The notes beneath the pieces were generated by a model. The model searched no databases. It was not told where the DNA came from and saw only the letters and a program-made list of their open reading frames with translations. The position numbers and the translations under genes are program-made. 37,185 nucleotides of DNA from Deltaproteobacteria bacterium (GTDB lineage: Bacteria > Desulfobacterota > Desulfarculia > Adiutricales > Adiutricaceae), in the NCBI GenBank assembly GCA_031267005.1, contig JAIRZX010000513.1, forward strand, positions 1 to 37,185, read 5' to 3'. Numbering within the stretch: the stretch's first letter is position 1; every line of letters begins with the position of its first letter. Of this stretch, positions 24,620 through 34,039 are shown piece after piece.

Positions 24620-26671
24620 CTACCGGTCAAGGCTCTCCAGTTCCGCCATTTCGCGCTCGAAGATCATCTCGACCGCCGACATGGACTTCTTCAAGGCGGC
24701 CTGCTCGTTCAAGATCTCATGCATCCGGGCCTGGTCCTTGTAGATCTCGTGGCCGGACAGGAGCTCGTCCAGCTCCTTCAAGCGTCCGGAAATGGTCTCC
24801 AAACGGAACTCCGTCTCTGACATGGACTTCTTCAGCGCCGCCCTCTGCTTGCCGTTGGACTTGCGCCGGGCGGCGCCCTTCTGGTCGGCCAGGTCGGTCA
24901 GGCCCTTCAGGTCCTTCTGGCCCTTCGGGTCTTTTGCCGCTTTCGGGTCTTTCAGGAGCCCGGCCTCCTTCGCGCCCTGGCCTTTCCGGGCGTCCTGGCC
25001 TTTGGGCTGCTCGGGGCCCGCCCCGGCAGCCTGGACCTCTTCGATCTTCTGGAGCCAGATGTCCCGGTAGTCGTCGTAGTCGCCCGGGTAGACGGTGAGC
25101 CCGCCGTTTTCTATCACGCCCACGGAGGTGGCGAGGCGGTTGATGAAGTGGCGGTCGTGGCTGATGATGACCATCGTGCCCTGGTAGTTGGCCAAGGCGT
25201 CCTCGAGCATCTGGCGGCCAGTGATGTCCAGGTGGTTGGTGGGCTCGTCCAGCAGGAGGAGGTTGGGCGCCCCCATCATGATCTTGGCCAGCACCAGCCT
25301 CGTCTTCTCGCCCCCGGAAAGCACCTTGACCTTCTTGAAGACGTCTTCGCCCTGGAAAAGGAAGCCGGCCAGAAGCGAACGCTGCGAACCCACGGTGACT
25401 CCGGCGCAGACGGAGGCGAACTCTTCCAGCACTGTGCGGGAGGCGTCGAGGGTGTCCATCTGGAACTGGGAGAAATACCCCAGATCCACGGACTGCCCCA
25501 GCTTGCAGGCGCCGTCAGTGGGGGCTATCGCGCCAGCCATGAGTTTTATGAGGGTAGACTTGCCCCGGCCGTTGGGGCCTACGAGGGCCAGCCGTTCGGT
25601 GCGGCGCAGGGTGAGGTTCAGGCCGGTGAAGACCTCGATGTCCCCGTAAATCTTGGAGACGTCCTTCATCTCGGAGACCACGTCCGGGCCGCGGCGGCCG
25701 ACGGGCAGCGCGAGGCTGAATTTCGGGTCCAGCCCCGAGTCCGGGGGGGCCAGGCGGTCCATCTTGTCCATGGCCTTCACCCGGCTCTGGGCGCGGCGGG
25801 CGGTGGAGGCGCGGACCCGGTTCCTCTCGATGAAGCGTTCCATCTGCTTGATGCGATCCTGCTGGTTCTGGAAGGCCGCGGACTCCGTCTGGATCCGCAT
25901 CTGCTTGGCCTCCAGGAACTGCTCGTAGGTGCCGGGGTAGAGGTCCGCCTTGCCGTTCCTCAGCTCTATTATCTTGTTGGAGACGTTGTTGAGGAACACC
26001 CGGTCGTGGGAGACCAGCAGGAGAGCGGAAGGAGTGGCTTTCAAATAGCCCTCGAGCCATATGAGGCTGTCCAGGTCCAGGTGGTTGGTGGGCTCGTCAA
26101 GGATGAGAAGATCGGGCCTGGCTAAAAGGAGCCTCGCGAGCACCGCCCTCATGACCCAGCCCCCCGAGAATTCGGCGAGTTCGCGCTCCATGTCGCTCTC
26201 GACGAAGCCTAGGCCCGCCAGGATTTTCTTGGCCGCCGACTCCTTCTCCCAGCCCCCGAGCCTCTCGAATTCGTGGAGCAGCTCCCCCTGGCGCTCGACC
26301 AGGCCCATTACCTCATCCTCGGGCATGGGGTTTTCGGAGAGGCCGGCCAGCTCGGACTCCAGCGCCTTCAAGGCGGCCTCTACCCGTCGGTATTCCGGGT
26401 CGGTGTCGAGCACCAGCTCCAGAAGGCGCTTTCCCGGCTGCGTGAGGATCTCCTGGGGCAGGTAGCCTATCTTCAAGCCCCTCGCGCGCACCACCTGGCC
26501 CCGGTCCGGCTGCTCGTCTTCCATGACAAGGCGGATGATGGTGGTCTTGCCAGCGCCGTTGCGGCCCACCAGGCCGATGCGGTCGCCTTGCTCGATGGCC
26601 AGGGTGACGCCGCTGAGGACGTCCTGGCGGCCGTAGAAGCGGGCTACGTCGGAAAATGTGACAAGGGACAT
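24620..26671 (-). CDS. ABC-F family ATPase (two NBDs, no TM domain, Lys-rich coiled-coil C-terminus)
   Basis: Walker A motifs GRNGAGKTT and GPNGRGKST. Signature motifs FSGGWVMR and LSGGEKTR. Walker B motifs LLILDEPTNHLD and LLLLDEPTNHLD. An inter-domain linker and a C-terminal KDPKAAKDPKGQKDLKG / coiled-coil region are present. Confidence 0.92.
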   Translation of the reverse strand: MSLVTFSDVARFYGRQDVLSGVTLAIEQGDRIGLVGRNGAGKTTIIRLVMEDEQPDRGQVVRARGLKIGYLPQEILTQPGKRLLELVLDTDPEYRRVEAALKALESELAGLSENPMPEDEVMGLVERQGELLHEFERLGGWEKESAAKKILAGLGFVESDMERELAEFSGGWVMRAVLARLLLARPDLLILDEPTNHLDLDSLIWLEGYLKATPSALLLVSHDRVFLNNVSNKIIELRNGKADLYPGTYEQFLEAKQMRIQTESAAFQNQQDRIKQMERFIERNRVRASTARRAQSRVKAMDKMDRLAPPDSGLDPKFSLALPVGRRGPDVVSEMKDVSKIYGDIEVFTGLNLTLRRTERLALVGPNGRGKSTLIKLMAGAIAPTDGACKLGQSVDLGYFSQFQMDTLDASRTVLEEFASVCAGVTVGSQRSLLAGFLFQGEDVFKKVKVLSGGEKTRLVLAKIMMGAPNLLLLDEPTNHLDITGRQMLEDALANYQGTMVIISHDRHFINRLATSVGVIENGGLTVYPGDYDDYRDIWLQKIEEVQAAGAGPEQPKGQDARKGQGAKEAGLLKDPKAAKDPKGQKDLKGLTDLADQKGAARRKSNGKQRAALKKSMSETEFRLETISGRLKELDELLSGHEIYKDQARMHEILNEQAALKKSMSAVEMIFEREMAELESLDR

Positions 26672-26887
26672 GGTTGCTGGGAAAGGCTTGCGGAACCCGG
26701 GTGTTGGACGCGGCTACGGAAGGCGCGCGGGGGTGGGGGAATTTGAAGGCGGCGGGCCGGGCCGCCTGGACGCGGCCAGAAGCTGGGCTGGCGCGCCGTT
26801 CGGGAGGGCGGCCTCGGCGCCCCGGAAGCTTGCCCGGGAGCGCCGGGGAAGGGGAGGGCGCGCTCGCCGCGACGTGCGAGTTTAAAT

Positions 26888-26916
26888 TTGATACCGTTTC
26901 TAGGGCCGCATGTCAA
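26888..26916 (-). promoter_or_regulatory. Sigma70-like promoter candidate for the ABC-F gene
   Basis: On the - strand: TTGACA (complement of 26911-26916), a 17-nt spacer, then TATCAA (complement of 26888-26893). It would give a leader of about 210 nt before the ATG at 26671. Confidence 0.4.
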
Positions 26917-27176
26917 GAGGGCGGCGGCTGGCAATATAGCCCCAGCAAGAACGAAGCTATTGCGCGGTAAGGGTTTACGAGATAAATCGGCTGGGAGCCG
27001 CCAGTTCCGCCGAGCTTTCGCCGCAGCGGGCAAAACACTCGGTTATTTTCGCGCGCGTTAAGAACCTGAGATCGGCTTCCCAGCTGTCGGTTGCTTGGAG
27101 GGCGTTCCGCCCAGTCAATTCCGCAAGCCGGGAGGGCGCTCCCACTGGCGGAATGGCAAAGCGGACGGAAATAGGG

Positions 27177-27215
27177 GCAAAGGGCAGACCGCAAAGGGCA
27201 GACCGCAAAGGCCAG
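27177..27215. repeat. 14-bp tandem repeat gcaaagggcagacc (about 2.8 copies)
   Basis: Read directly: 27177-27190 and 27191-27204 are identical, and 27205-27215 is a partial copy. Confidence 0.8.
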
Positions 27216-28039
27216 CCCCGACTGGCTGTTCGCTTGCCATGCCCCGGCATGGCGCCGCGTCGCGCCAAAGTTCTCTTGATCTAGAGTTCCGCCGCGAAAG
27301 TCCGCGGGGAATAATTGAGCTGGGCTCGCTTCGTCAGCCTCTTCCGCCAGACGTACATGTTGGGGGTTTTCTTGATGGCATCCACTAAACCGCTTGTGAC
27401 GGTGGCCATCCTTTCTGCGGACGGAAATTTAACCTCTTAAAGGCGTTGCGGACGAACTTGCAGAAGAAAGCGCAGGCAAGGAAGAGCAGCCTCGCGTGAA
27501 TCTGGTACGAAATTCCTCGATCGCGCGCCTGGCGAGCCGCTTGTCCAGCCCGTAGGGGATGACGAGGTTGTCCAGAGTCAAATGCGCTTCTAGCCCCCCG
27601 TCGGGACTGCACATGCCGTCAATCAACCTGTACAGGCCGTCTGAGAAATCTTGAAACTCGAACCGCCTCTTTCTTCGGCGCGTTATGTTTGCCGCTTCTC
27701 CTGGCAGATATCCGTCGCGGATAACAGGGCGGAGGGCCCGTTGCGCTTGCTGATGCTGGTCCGTGAACTGACAATTCCTACGATTTCCCGCCGGACGCAG
27801 CCGCTCCTCAGCTTAGGGGCTTGGATGCTAATCATTTATTGGAACATCATGAAATTTCAGTAATACGCGGGCTTTCTGGAGGAGCTCTTCGGCTGACAAG
27901 CATCTGATCACCACATGGTTCCTGCAGGAAAAAAAAAGTTAAGGACGGCCTTACCGCTTTTCCGTCTGTCCGTCTTTATCAGATAAAATCAACTTGATTT
28001 TAGCAAGCTGGGCCTGAATGACTATCCTAATCGGCAAAC

Positions 28040-28817
28040 CACGAAAACAGAATTTTCTCGCTGTGGCCAGGATCCAGGTCTGTTTTCAGCGGATATTTGA
28101 CATGCGACAAGGTAATTGGAATACCGAAATAAGTCAAAAATATTTTAGTTGAGGAAGATCAATACACGCTGGAAACTCCAAGCTCTGAAGTCGATTCATA
28201 TTTCAAGGAAGACATCTTCAAGGAAATTTTCATAAGGCAGGATAAATATATCACCGATATTTCCGAAAATCTTCCGAACGCCCTGTTTCAAAAGAACCAT
28301 TAAGAAGTTATCAGGATATTCCAGAACTATTTTATCAATATAGGACCGGAGGCACCCGACAGCCGAGCAATCCGAACAGCCGGAAAATTCCGCGAATCGC
28401 TCCGATGCTTAAAAATTATATCACATGATACTCCACGCCTCTCTTCTTTCCGCAGGATTTCCTATCTTGCGCGAACCTTCTTCAGGCGGGGGGGGCCGGC
28501 CGGATATCACCTTGCTCCTCAATAACGATGGCTGCGTGTTAATCGAGATGAAATACTGCCATCGGCGCAAAACAGCCAAAAATTCCGCAGCGGGAACGAG
28601 TCAAGCCGGGAAGCTGGCGAAACGGAAGCCGAAGGATAAAGAACTGTCCAGCGCCCTCGACGCAGCCGAAGAGCAGATAAGGAGCAGGGACTACGCAGGG
28701 CCCTTCAGGGCCGAGCGATGGGAGGCAATTTGCCTCGCTGTGGCCATACGCGGCAAAACGCAGGCCGCGGCGCGCTTCGTCGACACCGATAAAGCTAACG
28801 GGCGAACAGGTTCCTGA
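28040..28817 (+). pseudogene. Decayed gene of the AAA-ATPase-like / PD-(D/E)XK (DUF1703, PDDEXK_9-type) family; only the C-terminal nuclease-like part is still an open ORF (28425-28817)
   Basis: Frame 2 reads ...SVFSGYLTCDKVIGIPK*VKNILVEEDQYTLETPSSEVDSYFKEDIFKEIF...LPNALFQKNH*. A different frame then reads ...*KLYHMILHASLLSAGFPILREPSSGGGGRPDITLLLNNDGCVLIEMKY...ALDAAEEQIRSRDYAGPF...ICLAVAIRGK. These match the family blocks (L)FQ(T/S)GYLT, YxLxxPNxEV, YHxxxL and ExxSGxGRxDIxL...IEFK...AxxQIxxxxY...GIAFxGK. At least two in-frame stops and one frameshift are present, and the N-terminal ATPase part is missing. Confidence 0.6.
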
Positions 28818-29273
28818 CGCGCTTCCTTTGCTGCGTAGCACGCATTTGCTAAATCATGGGCCAGACTCCGCAAGCCTACCGTCGGCGACACGGGTTCGGC
28901 GTCCCGTTGCGCTACCCGGCCTCGCTGCCGCCAATCTGGCTCCTGCCCGCGTTTTGGTCGGCTAGCGCGTTCCGCCCGCAAGCCTTGTCAACCGACGCGA
29001 GCATACGGGGAGACGGGGAGACGGGCGACACGCTGGTCCGCGTTCCGCAAGAGGGGATAGCGTCCTTGCCGTGAGCTTGCCAGCCTGCCGGAACTCCACG
29101 GAACTGCCGGAGGGCGTCGTCGGGCCTGCCGCTTGCTCTCGCCGCTTCCCGCCGGAAGCCGCGGGACAGGTCCGCGGGCGCCGGGCCGGCCCCGCGCGCG
29201 TCTTTAGCGGTTTCAGGCGATACCTGATCGGCGCAGTCGTGAAGCGCTCCCGGAGCGGCGCTTCCCGGCGGCG

Positions 29274-29960
29274 CTACCTGATGCGGCATGGGAGCCAGCG
29301 GCGGGCGATCTTCTGCCAGGCAGCCAGCTCCCGTGGCCCTGGCTGGGGGCCGTGGCTTTCCATGAAGGCGCGGTTGAAGACCCGTCCGGACTTGACCGCC
29401 TGGAGGTACAGGGGCGAATCACCCGATGCGGCCTTGGCGATGGCCTCTATGGAGCCCTCGTCCACGAAGGGGGCGGCGCAGGTGGTCCTGAACTCGTGGG
29501 GGCAGCCCAGGCTCTTTAAGACGGAGACTGTCTCCAGTACCGCCGCGCCCTCCCCGGCCTCGGCCAGCTCCCTGGGGTACGCCGCCGGGTCGGCCTTGAG
29601 ATCGAGGGCGACGTAGTCCACCAGTCCGCGCTCGATAAGGCTTCTTACGGCGTCCGGCCTGGACCCGTTGGTGTCCAGCTTGACCTTGAAGCCCAGGAGC
29701 TTTATCCGTTCGACGTAGTCGTCCAGATCGGGGGCCAGCGTGGGCTCCCCGCCGGATATGACCACCGCGTCCAAGTACTTCGTCCGGGTCCCAAGAAACG
29801 CCAAAACCCCGGCTTCGTCCATGAGTTCCCCGAAGGGGCGGACGAGGTCGGGGTTGTGGCAGTAAGGGCAGCGGAAGTTACACCCCTGGCTGAACACCAC
29901 CGCGCTCAACCGCCCCGGGTAGTCCACGGTCGAAACCTTTTCCAGTCCTCCGACCCTCAC
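29274..29960 (-). CDS. nrdG: Anaerobic ribonucleoside-triphosphate reductase activating protein (radical SAM)
   Basis: I call the GTG at 29960, with AAGGAG about 10 nt upstream. Motifs: VSTVDYPGRLSAVVFSQGCNFRCPYCHNP (CxxxCxxC), VVISGGEPTL, VKLDTNG. It lies directly downstream of nrdD. The 72 N-terminal residues of the track ORF (Arg/Pro-rich) are rejected. Confidence 0.85.
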   Translation of the reverse strand: MRVGGLEKVSTVDYPGRLSAVVFSQGCNFRCPYCHNPDLVRPFGELMDEAGVLAFLGTRTKYLDAVVISGGEPTLAPDLDDYVERIKLLGFKVKLDTNGSRPDAVRSLIERGLVDYVALDLKADPAAYPRELAEAGEGAAVLETVSVLKSLGCPHEFRTTCAAPFVDEGSIEAIAKAASGDSPLYLQAVKSGRVFNRAFMESHGPQPGPRELAAWQKIARRWLPCRIR

Positions 29961-32283
29961 CGGTCCCGTTCTCCTTTCCCTTGGCGGCCCCCCCCTTCCC
30001 GTTCCCGGATGGCGCGGCGGCCGCCACGCCGCCCGAGGCGGCCAGCAGGATCTCCCCGGCCGGGAAGCTGTCCCCGGCCACGTCCGCTGGCCTGTCCGGG
30101 GCCCCGGGGGAGGACGGCTTGAAGGCGGTCGCGGAAGCCTTGGGGGCGGCCGATGCCTCTGCCTCCGCGCCCGCATCGGGGAGCCCGGCGTAGGCCTTCC
30201 TCATGGCGAACTCTGCCTTCTTGCCGTCGTTCCAGCGGTTAACCGGCCTCAGGTAGCCCACGACCCTGGAGTACACGTCCGTTTCCGCCCCGCAGGCGGG
30301 GCAGACGCCCTGTTCGCCGCGGATGTAGCCGTGCTCGGGGCAGATGGAGAAGGTGGGGGTGAGGGTGAAGTAGGGGATCCTGAAGTTCTCGGTGATCTTG
30401 CGCACGAGCGACTTTACGACGGAAACGTCGCTTATCTCCTCGCCCAGGAAAGAGTGGAGCACCGTGCCGCCGGTGTAGAGGGCCTGAAGCGGGTCCTGGT
30501 GCTCCAAGACTTCGAAGAGGTCGTCCGAGTGGTCCACGGGCAGGTGGGTGGAGTTCGTGTAGAATGGCTTGAAGCCACCGTCGGGACCCTTCCAGTCCTC
30601 GCTCCTGCCGTTGGCGAAAATCATGCCCGGAAGCTTCATGTCGAGCCTGGCGAGGCGGTAGGAGCAGCCCTCGGCCGGGGTGGCCTCGAGGTTGTACAGA
30701 TCGCCGGTCTCCTCCTGGATGTCGGAAAGCCGCGCCCTAATGTGCGAAAGGACCCTCAGCGCGAAGTCGCGGCCCTTCTGGGTCCCCACGCCCTCGCCGA
30801 AGAGGTTCACGGAGGCCTCGTTCGCGCCCACGACGCCTATGGTCGAGAAGTGGTTGGACCAGTAGCTCCCAGAGCAGGCGGCGACGCTTCTGAGGTAAAA
30901 ACGCGTGTACGGGTAAAGGCCGGCGCCGGTGAAGCGCTCCAGCTCCTTGCGCTTGATGGTCAGGCTCTCGCGGGAAAGCTCGAGCAGGCGGTCCAGCCGC
31001 CCGAAGAAGTCGCCCTCGTCGCGGGACAGCTTCCCCAAACGCGGGAGGTTCAGCGTCACCACGCCGACGGAGCCCGTGAGCGGGTTCGCCCCGAAGAGCC
31101 CGCCCCCGCGGCGCTTCAGGAGCCTGTTGTCGATGCGCAGGCGGCAGCACATGCTCCTGGCGTCCTCGGGGGACATGTCGGAATTTACGAAGTTCGAGAA
31201 GTACGGTATGCCGTAGTGCCCCGCCATGCGCCAGACCGGGTCCAGGGTAGGGTTGTCCCAGTCGAAGCCCTTGGAGATGTTGTAGGTGGGGATGGGGAAG
31301 GTGAAGACCCTCTCCCGGCTGTCCCCCGCCATCATCACCTCGGCGAAGGCGCGGTTCACGATGTCCATCTCCCGGCCGTAGTCGCCGTAGACCGAGTCCT
31401 GATCCTTGCCGCCTATCACGACCTTCGTCTTTTTATAGGCGTCGGGCGGCGTGAGGTCCATGGTGATGTTGGTGAAGGGGGTCTGGAACCCCACCCTCGT
31501 CGGGATGTTGATGTTGAAGACGAACTCCTGGAAGGCCTGGACCACGTCGGAGTAGCTCATGCCGTCCGCCCGCACGAAGGGCGCGAGCATCGTGTCGAAG
31601 CTGGACACGGCCTGGGCACCCGCCGCCTCGCCCTGGAGCGTGTAGAAGAAGTTCACGAGCTGGCCCAGGGCCGAGTGCAGGTGCTTGGGGGGGGCGCTCT
31701 CGATGTTGCCCGAGATGCCCTTGAAGCCCGAGCGCAGAAGGTCCATCAGGTCCCATCCCACGCAGTACACGGACAGGAGGTTCAGGTCGTGGATGTGGAT
31801 GTCGCCGTTCCGGTGGGCCTCGCGGATGGCCGCCGGGTAGATGTTCTCCAGCCAGTAGTTGGAGGTGACGGCGGAGGCGATGTAGTTGTTGAGGCCCTGG
31901 AGGGAGTAGCCCATGTTGCTGTTCTCCTTCACCTTCCAGTCCAGCGCCTCCAGGTAGGAGTCCATGAGTTCCGAGGACCCGCTCTGAGCGAGCATGCGGG
32001 CCGTGGACCTCTGCTCGCGGTACAGGATGTAAGCCTTGGCCGTGCGCCACCTGGAGCTTTCGAAGAGCACGTTTTCGACCATATCCTGTATGGTCTCGAC
32101 GTCCAGGGCGGGGAGGCCGCTCAAGGCCTCGATCTTGGAGAGCACCCTGAGCGTCAGGAGCCCCGCGTCCTCGGCCGGGAACTCGCCAGTGGCGCGTGCC
32201 GCAGCGGCGATGGCCCCGGTTATCTTCGAAGCGTCGAAAGGAGCGGAGCGACCGTCCCGTTTCCTAATCTGTGTCAGCTGCAT
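29878..32283 (-). CDS. nrdD: Class III (anaerobic) ribonucleoside-triphosphate reductase
   Basis: N-terminal ATP-cone (MQLTQIRKRDGRSAPFDASKITGAI...). Conserved core blocks: IHIHDL, FFYTLQGEAAGAQA, CCRLRIDN. C-terminal Zn-ribbon CPEHGY...CPACG. Glycyl-radical motif SRVVGYLRPVNRWNDGKKAEF. The frame stays open for about 100 more Ala/Gly/Pro/Lys-rich codons and overlaps the nrdG start by 83 nt. Confidence 0.93.
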   Translation of the reverse strand: MQLTQIRKRDGRSAPFDASKITGAIAAAARATGEFPAEDAGLLTLRVLSKIEALSGLPALDVETIQDMVENVLFESSRWRTAKAYILYREQRSTARMLAQSGSSELMDSYLEALDWKVKENSNMGYSLQGLNNYIASAVTSNYWLENIYPAAIREAHRNGDIHIHDLNLLSVYCVGWDLMDLLRSGFKGISGNIESAPPKHLHSALGQLVNFFYTLQGEAAGAQAVSSFDTMLAPFVRADGMSYSDVVQAFQEFVFNINIPTRVGFQTPFTNITMDLTPPDAYKKTKVVIGGKDQDSVYGDYGREMDIVNRAFAEVMMAGDSRERVFTFPIPTYNISKGFDWDNPTLDPVWRMAGHYGIPYFSNFVNSDMSPEDARSMCCRLRIDNRLLKRRGGGLFGANPLTGSVGVVTLNLPRLGKLSRDEGDFFGRLDRLLELSRESLTIKRKELERFTGAGLYPYTRFYLRSVAACSGSYWSNHFSTIGVVGANEASVNLFGEGVGTQKGRDFALRVLSHIRARLSDIQEETGDLYNLEATPAEGCSYRLARLDMKLPGMIFANGRSEDWKGPDGGFKPFYTNSTHLPVDHSDDLFEVLEHQDPLQALYTGGTVLHSFLGEEISDVSVVKSLVRKITENFRIPYFTLTPTFSICPEHGYIRGEQGVCPACGAETDVYSRVVGYLRPVNRWNDGKKAEFAMRKAYAGLPDAGAEAEASAAPKASATAFKPSSPGAPDRPADVAGDSFPAGEILLAASGGVAAAAPSGNGKGGAAKGKENGTGEGRRTGKGFDRGLPGAVERGGVQPGV

Positions 32284-34007
32284 GCGTGTCTTACGGCCTC
32301 CGCTGGCCCGGGGGAGTCCCGGGGCGTGTCGTATCGAGAGTAACCTTTTAAGCTATGTAAATTTAGGTTTAGGAGTGAGGCTTTTCGGCTCCTAGCCGCG
32401 CGGGGGCCCGGCCGGGAGCGGCTCAATGGCCCGTCGGGGTTCCGGTAACGGCAAAGGGGCCGCGAGCGCGGGGGGCGCGGCGGGGAAACGCGGAAAACCG
32501 AGGGGTTTGGGAAGCTCGCGGGAAAAGCGCAAGCCGCTAGTGGAAAAAGCGCAAGCCGAACGCGTCGCCGTCGGCGGGAAATGTCTGGGCGCAAGCTAAG
32601 ACCTCAACTGCCAGGTGCCGCGAAACGGCCCCCGTTAAGTCTAGGAATTCGGAAATATCTGAGCTTATGTCCGAGCGCGCCGCAGACGGCGGGACAACGC
32701 GGAACGCGCAGTCAAAGAATTTTTGCGCTTCTGCGTCGCAGGCTCTGCCGCAGGCTGTTCGAAACAGATTGTTTCGGATCGGGCCTGGCGGAAGCTTGCC
32801 GTACGGGGCAAGCCTGAGCCGGAATTAATTGACGGATCTTGTCCGGGCCCCGCGAGGAAGGGCGCAGCGCGTCCCGACGATGCGGTCGCGCCGAAGGAAG
32901 ATGGCGGGCTCCCCCACAAATTCGGGGGACTTGCGGGCCGGGACGCTGGAGTTCCAGGGGCCGCAACGTCCCACATGCCGAACCCCTGGCGCTGGACGTG
33001 CCGGAGCCGATCGCAGGGCGAAATGAGGTACTCGGTCAAATTACACTCACCGGCCGGCCGCGTCAAGGAGAATTCGGGGGCCCCGGAGTCGGCTGCGGAA
33101 TGGAGGCCGCCTTCCGCGCGGCGTTCAGGACCGAAAATATTTTCCTCGGTAACCTGCCTGATCATCATGGCCGATGACCCCTGAAGCTCCCGTAAAATCA
33201 GGACTTCCCGGGCGGGCCTTTCTTTCTGGCCTTCTGTCGGATCGCCCTCCCAGGGCTGGGGCAAGCTGAGACGCTTTCCCCAACGGGGCGTGGGCGGGCG
33301 GCGGTTTAAAGGCCGCGAAAGCCCTGAAATGCCGTGTCGGAGCGGGTTTCAGGCGATCCGGGCGATCCGGGGGAGCCGGGCCGTTCATGACGAGGAGGAC
33401 GCCCGTATGCAGCGGCGCCAGATCCGTATTGCCATAGAAACATCTATATACAAGGGCTATGATTTTTTACTCTTAGGCATAGTGATATAATAATAATGAT
33501 AACAATGGCAGTAATTAACAGAATTACTATTCCGCGCTCTCCTGCGCCCGCAGCGGCGTAAGGCGCCTGGATGCTTAAGGCGGCTCCGGACAACCGCTGG
33601 AAACTGGCACGGGTAAATATTTAGAATATCATCCGCCAGAAAAATTTCGCAGGTCTTGTATGGCAGTTCAAAGCAATAATATTTCGTGCACGTTCCAGTT
33701 ATTTCAAACAGCCTTGCCCGCAAAACCGCGAAAAGGCGAGCCTCCGATTTTTTTTTACTCGGCGGAATCATTAGACAACAGGCCGTCTTTAGCCCATTAT
33801 CCCGCTTAGGGGCGGCGCGGAAAAAGCTCTCATTCAGCCTTTAGCCGAGGGTTGAATTTTCGCGCCAGCTTGAAATATTGTTTTGATTTGAAGGCCAGCG
33901 AGGACACGCAAGATAGCCTGCGGGGCATGTCAGGAGTCTCGCGCGAGGGGGTTGCGGCATTTGGCTTTTGGCGCCTAAACGCGAGGCTCTCCCGGCAAGC
34001 GGGGCTT

Positions 34008-34039
34008 AAAGGCGCCTGTGCCGGGCTACAGGCGCCTTT
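34008..34039. other. Perfect 12-bp inverted repeat (hairpin) in the gene-poor region
   Basis: aaaggcgcctgt-gccgggct-acaggcgccttt. It is followed 20 nt later by a 20-bp direct repeat cgggaaggcttggagcgacg at 34059-34078 and 34097-34116. Confidence 0.6.

Noticed and set aside
25148-26125. 325-aa + strand ORF antisense to the ABC-F gene
   Set aside because: It is an antisense artefact opposite a gene with complete Walker and signature motifs.
27640-27670. tRNA-like T-arm (GGTTCGAGT on the minus strand)
   Set aside because: The flanking bases do not form a T-stem or an acceptor stem, and no cloverleaf can be drawn. No tRNA was recognised anywhere in the window.
28912-29289. 125-aa minus-strand ORF just downstream of, and overlapping, the nrdG stop
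   Set aside because: G/C at the third codon position is fairly frequent, and a short …GALHDCADQ… stretch faintly recalls HD-domain proteins. However, there is no SD, no further motif, and the composition is low-complexity. It may be a gene remnant, but I cannot support it as a feature.
30331-32343. 670-aa + strand ORF antisense to nrdD
   Set aside because: It is a classic GC-rich antisense ORF (Val/Gly/Arg/Ala/His-rich) opposite a gene with ATP-cone, core and glycyl-radical motifs.
32284-32420. NrdR boxes or a cobalamin riboswitch upstream of nrdD
   Set aside because: The AT-rich patch probably holds the promoter. However, I could not find a pair of 16-bp NrdR-type palindromes or a B12-box-like element by eye, so this needs a proper motif or covariance-model scan.
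32665-33264. 199-aa minus-strand ORF and overlapping + strand ORFs (32723..33184, 32839..33177) in the gene-poor region
   Set aside because: There are no recognisable motifs. Several mutually overlapping ORFs in different frames have similar low-complexity composition, and none has an SD. I treat them as non-coding pending homology search.
33457-33771. 104-aa Cys-rich minus-strand ORF in the AT-rich core
   Set aside because: There is no SD upstream of its ATG. The odd composition (CHCYHYYYI…) reflects an AT-rich repeat (ataataataatgataac), and part of the ORF is encoded by an A9 run. It is most likely spurious.
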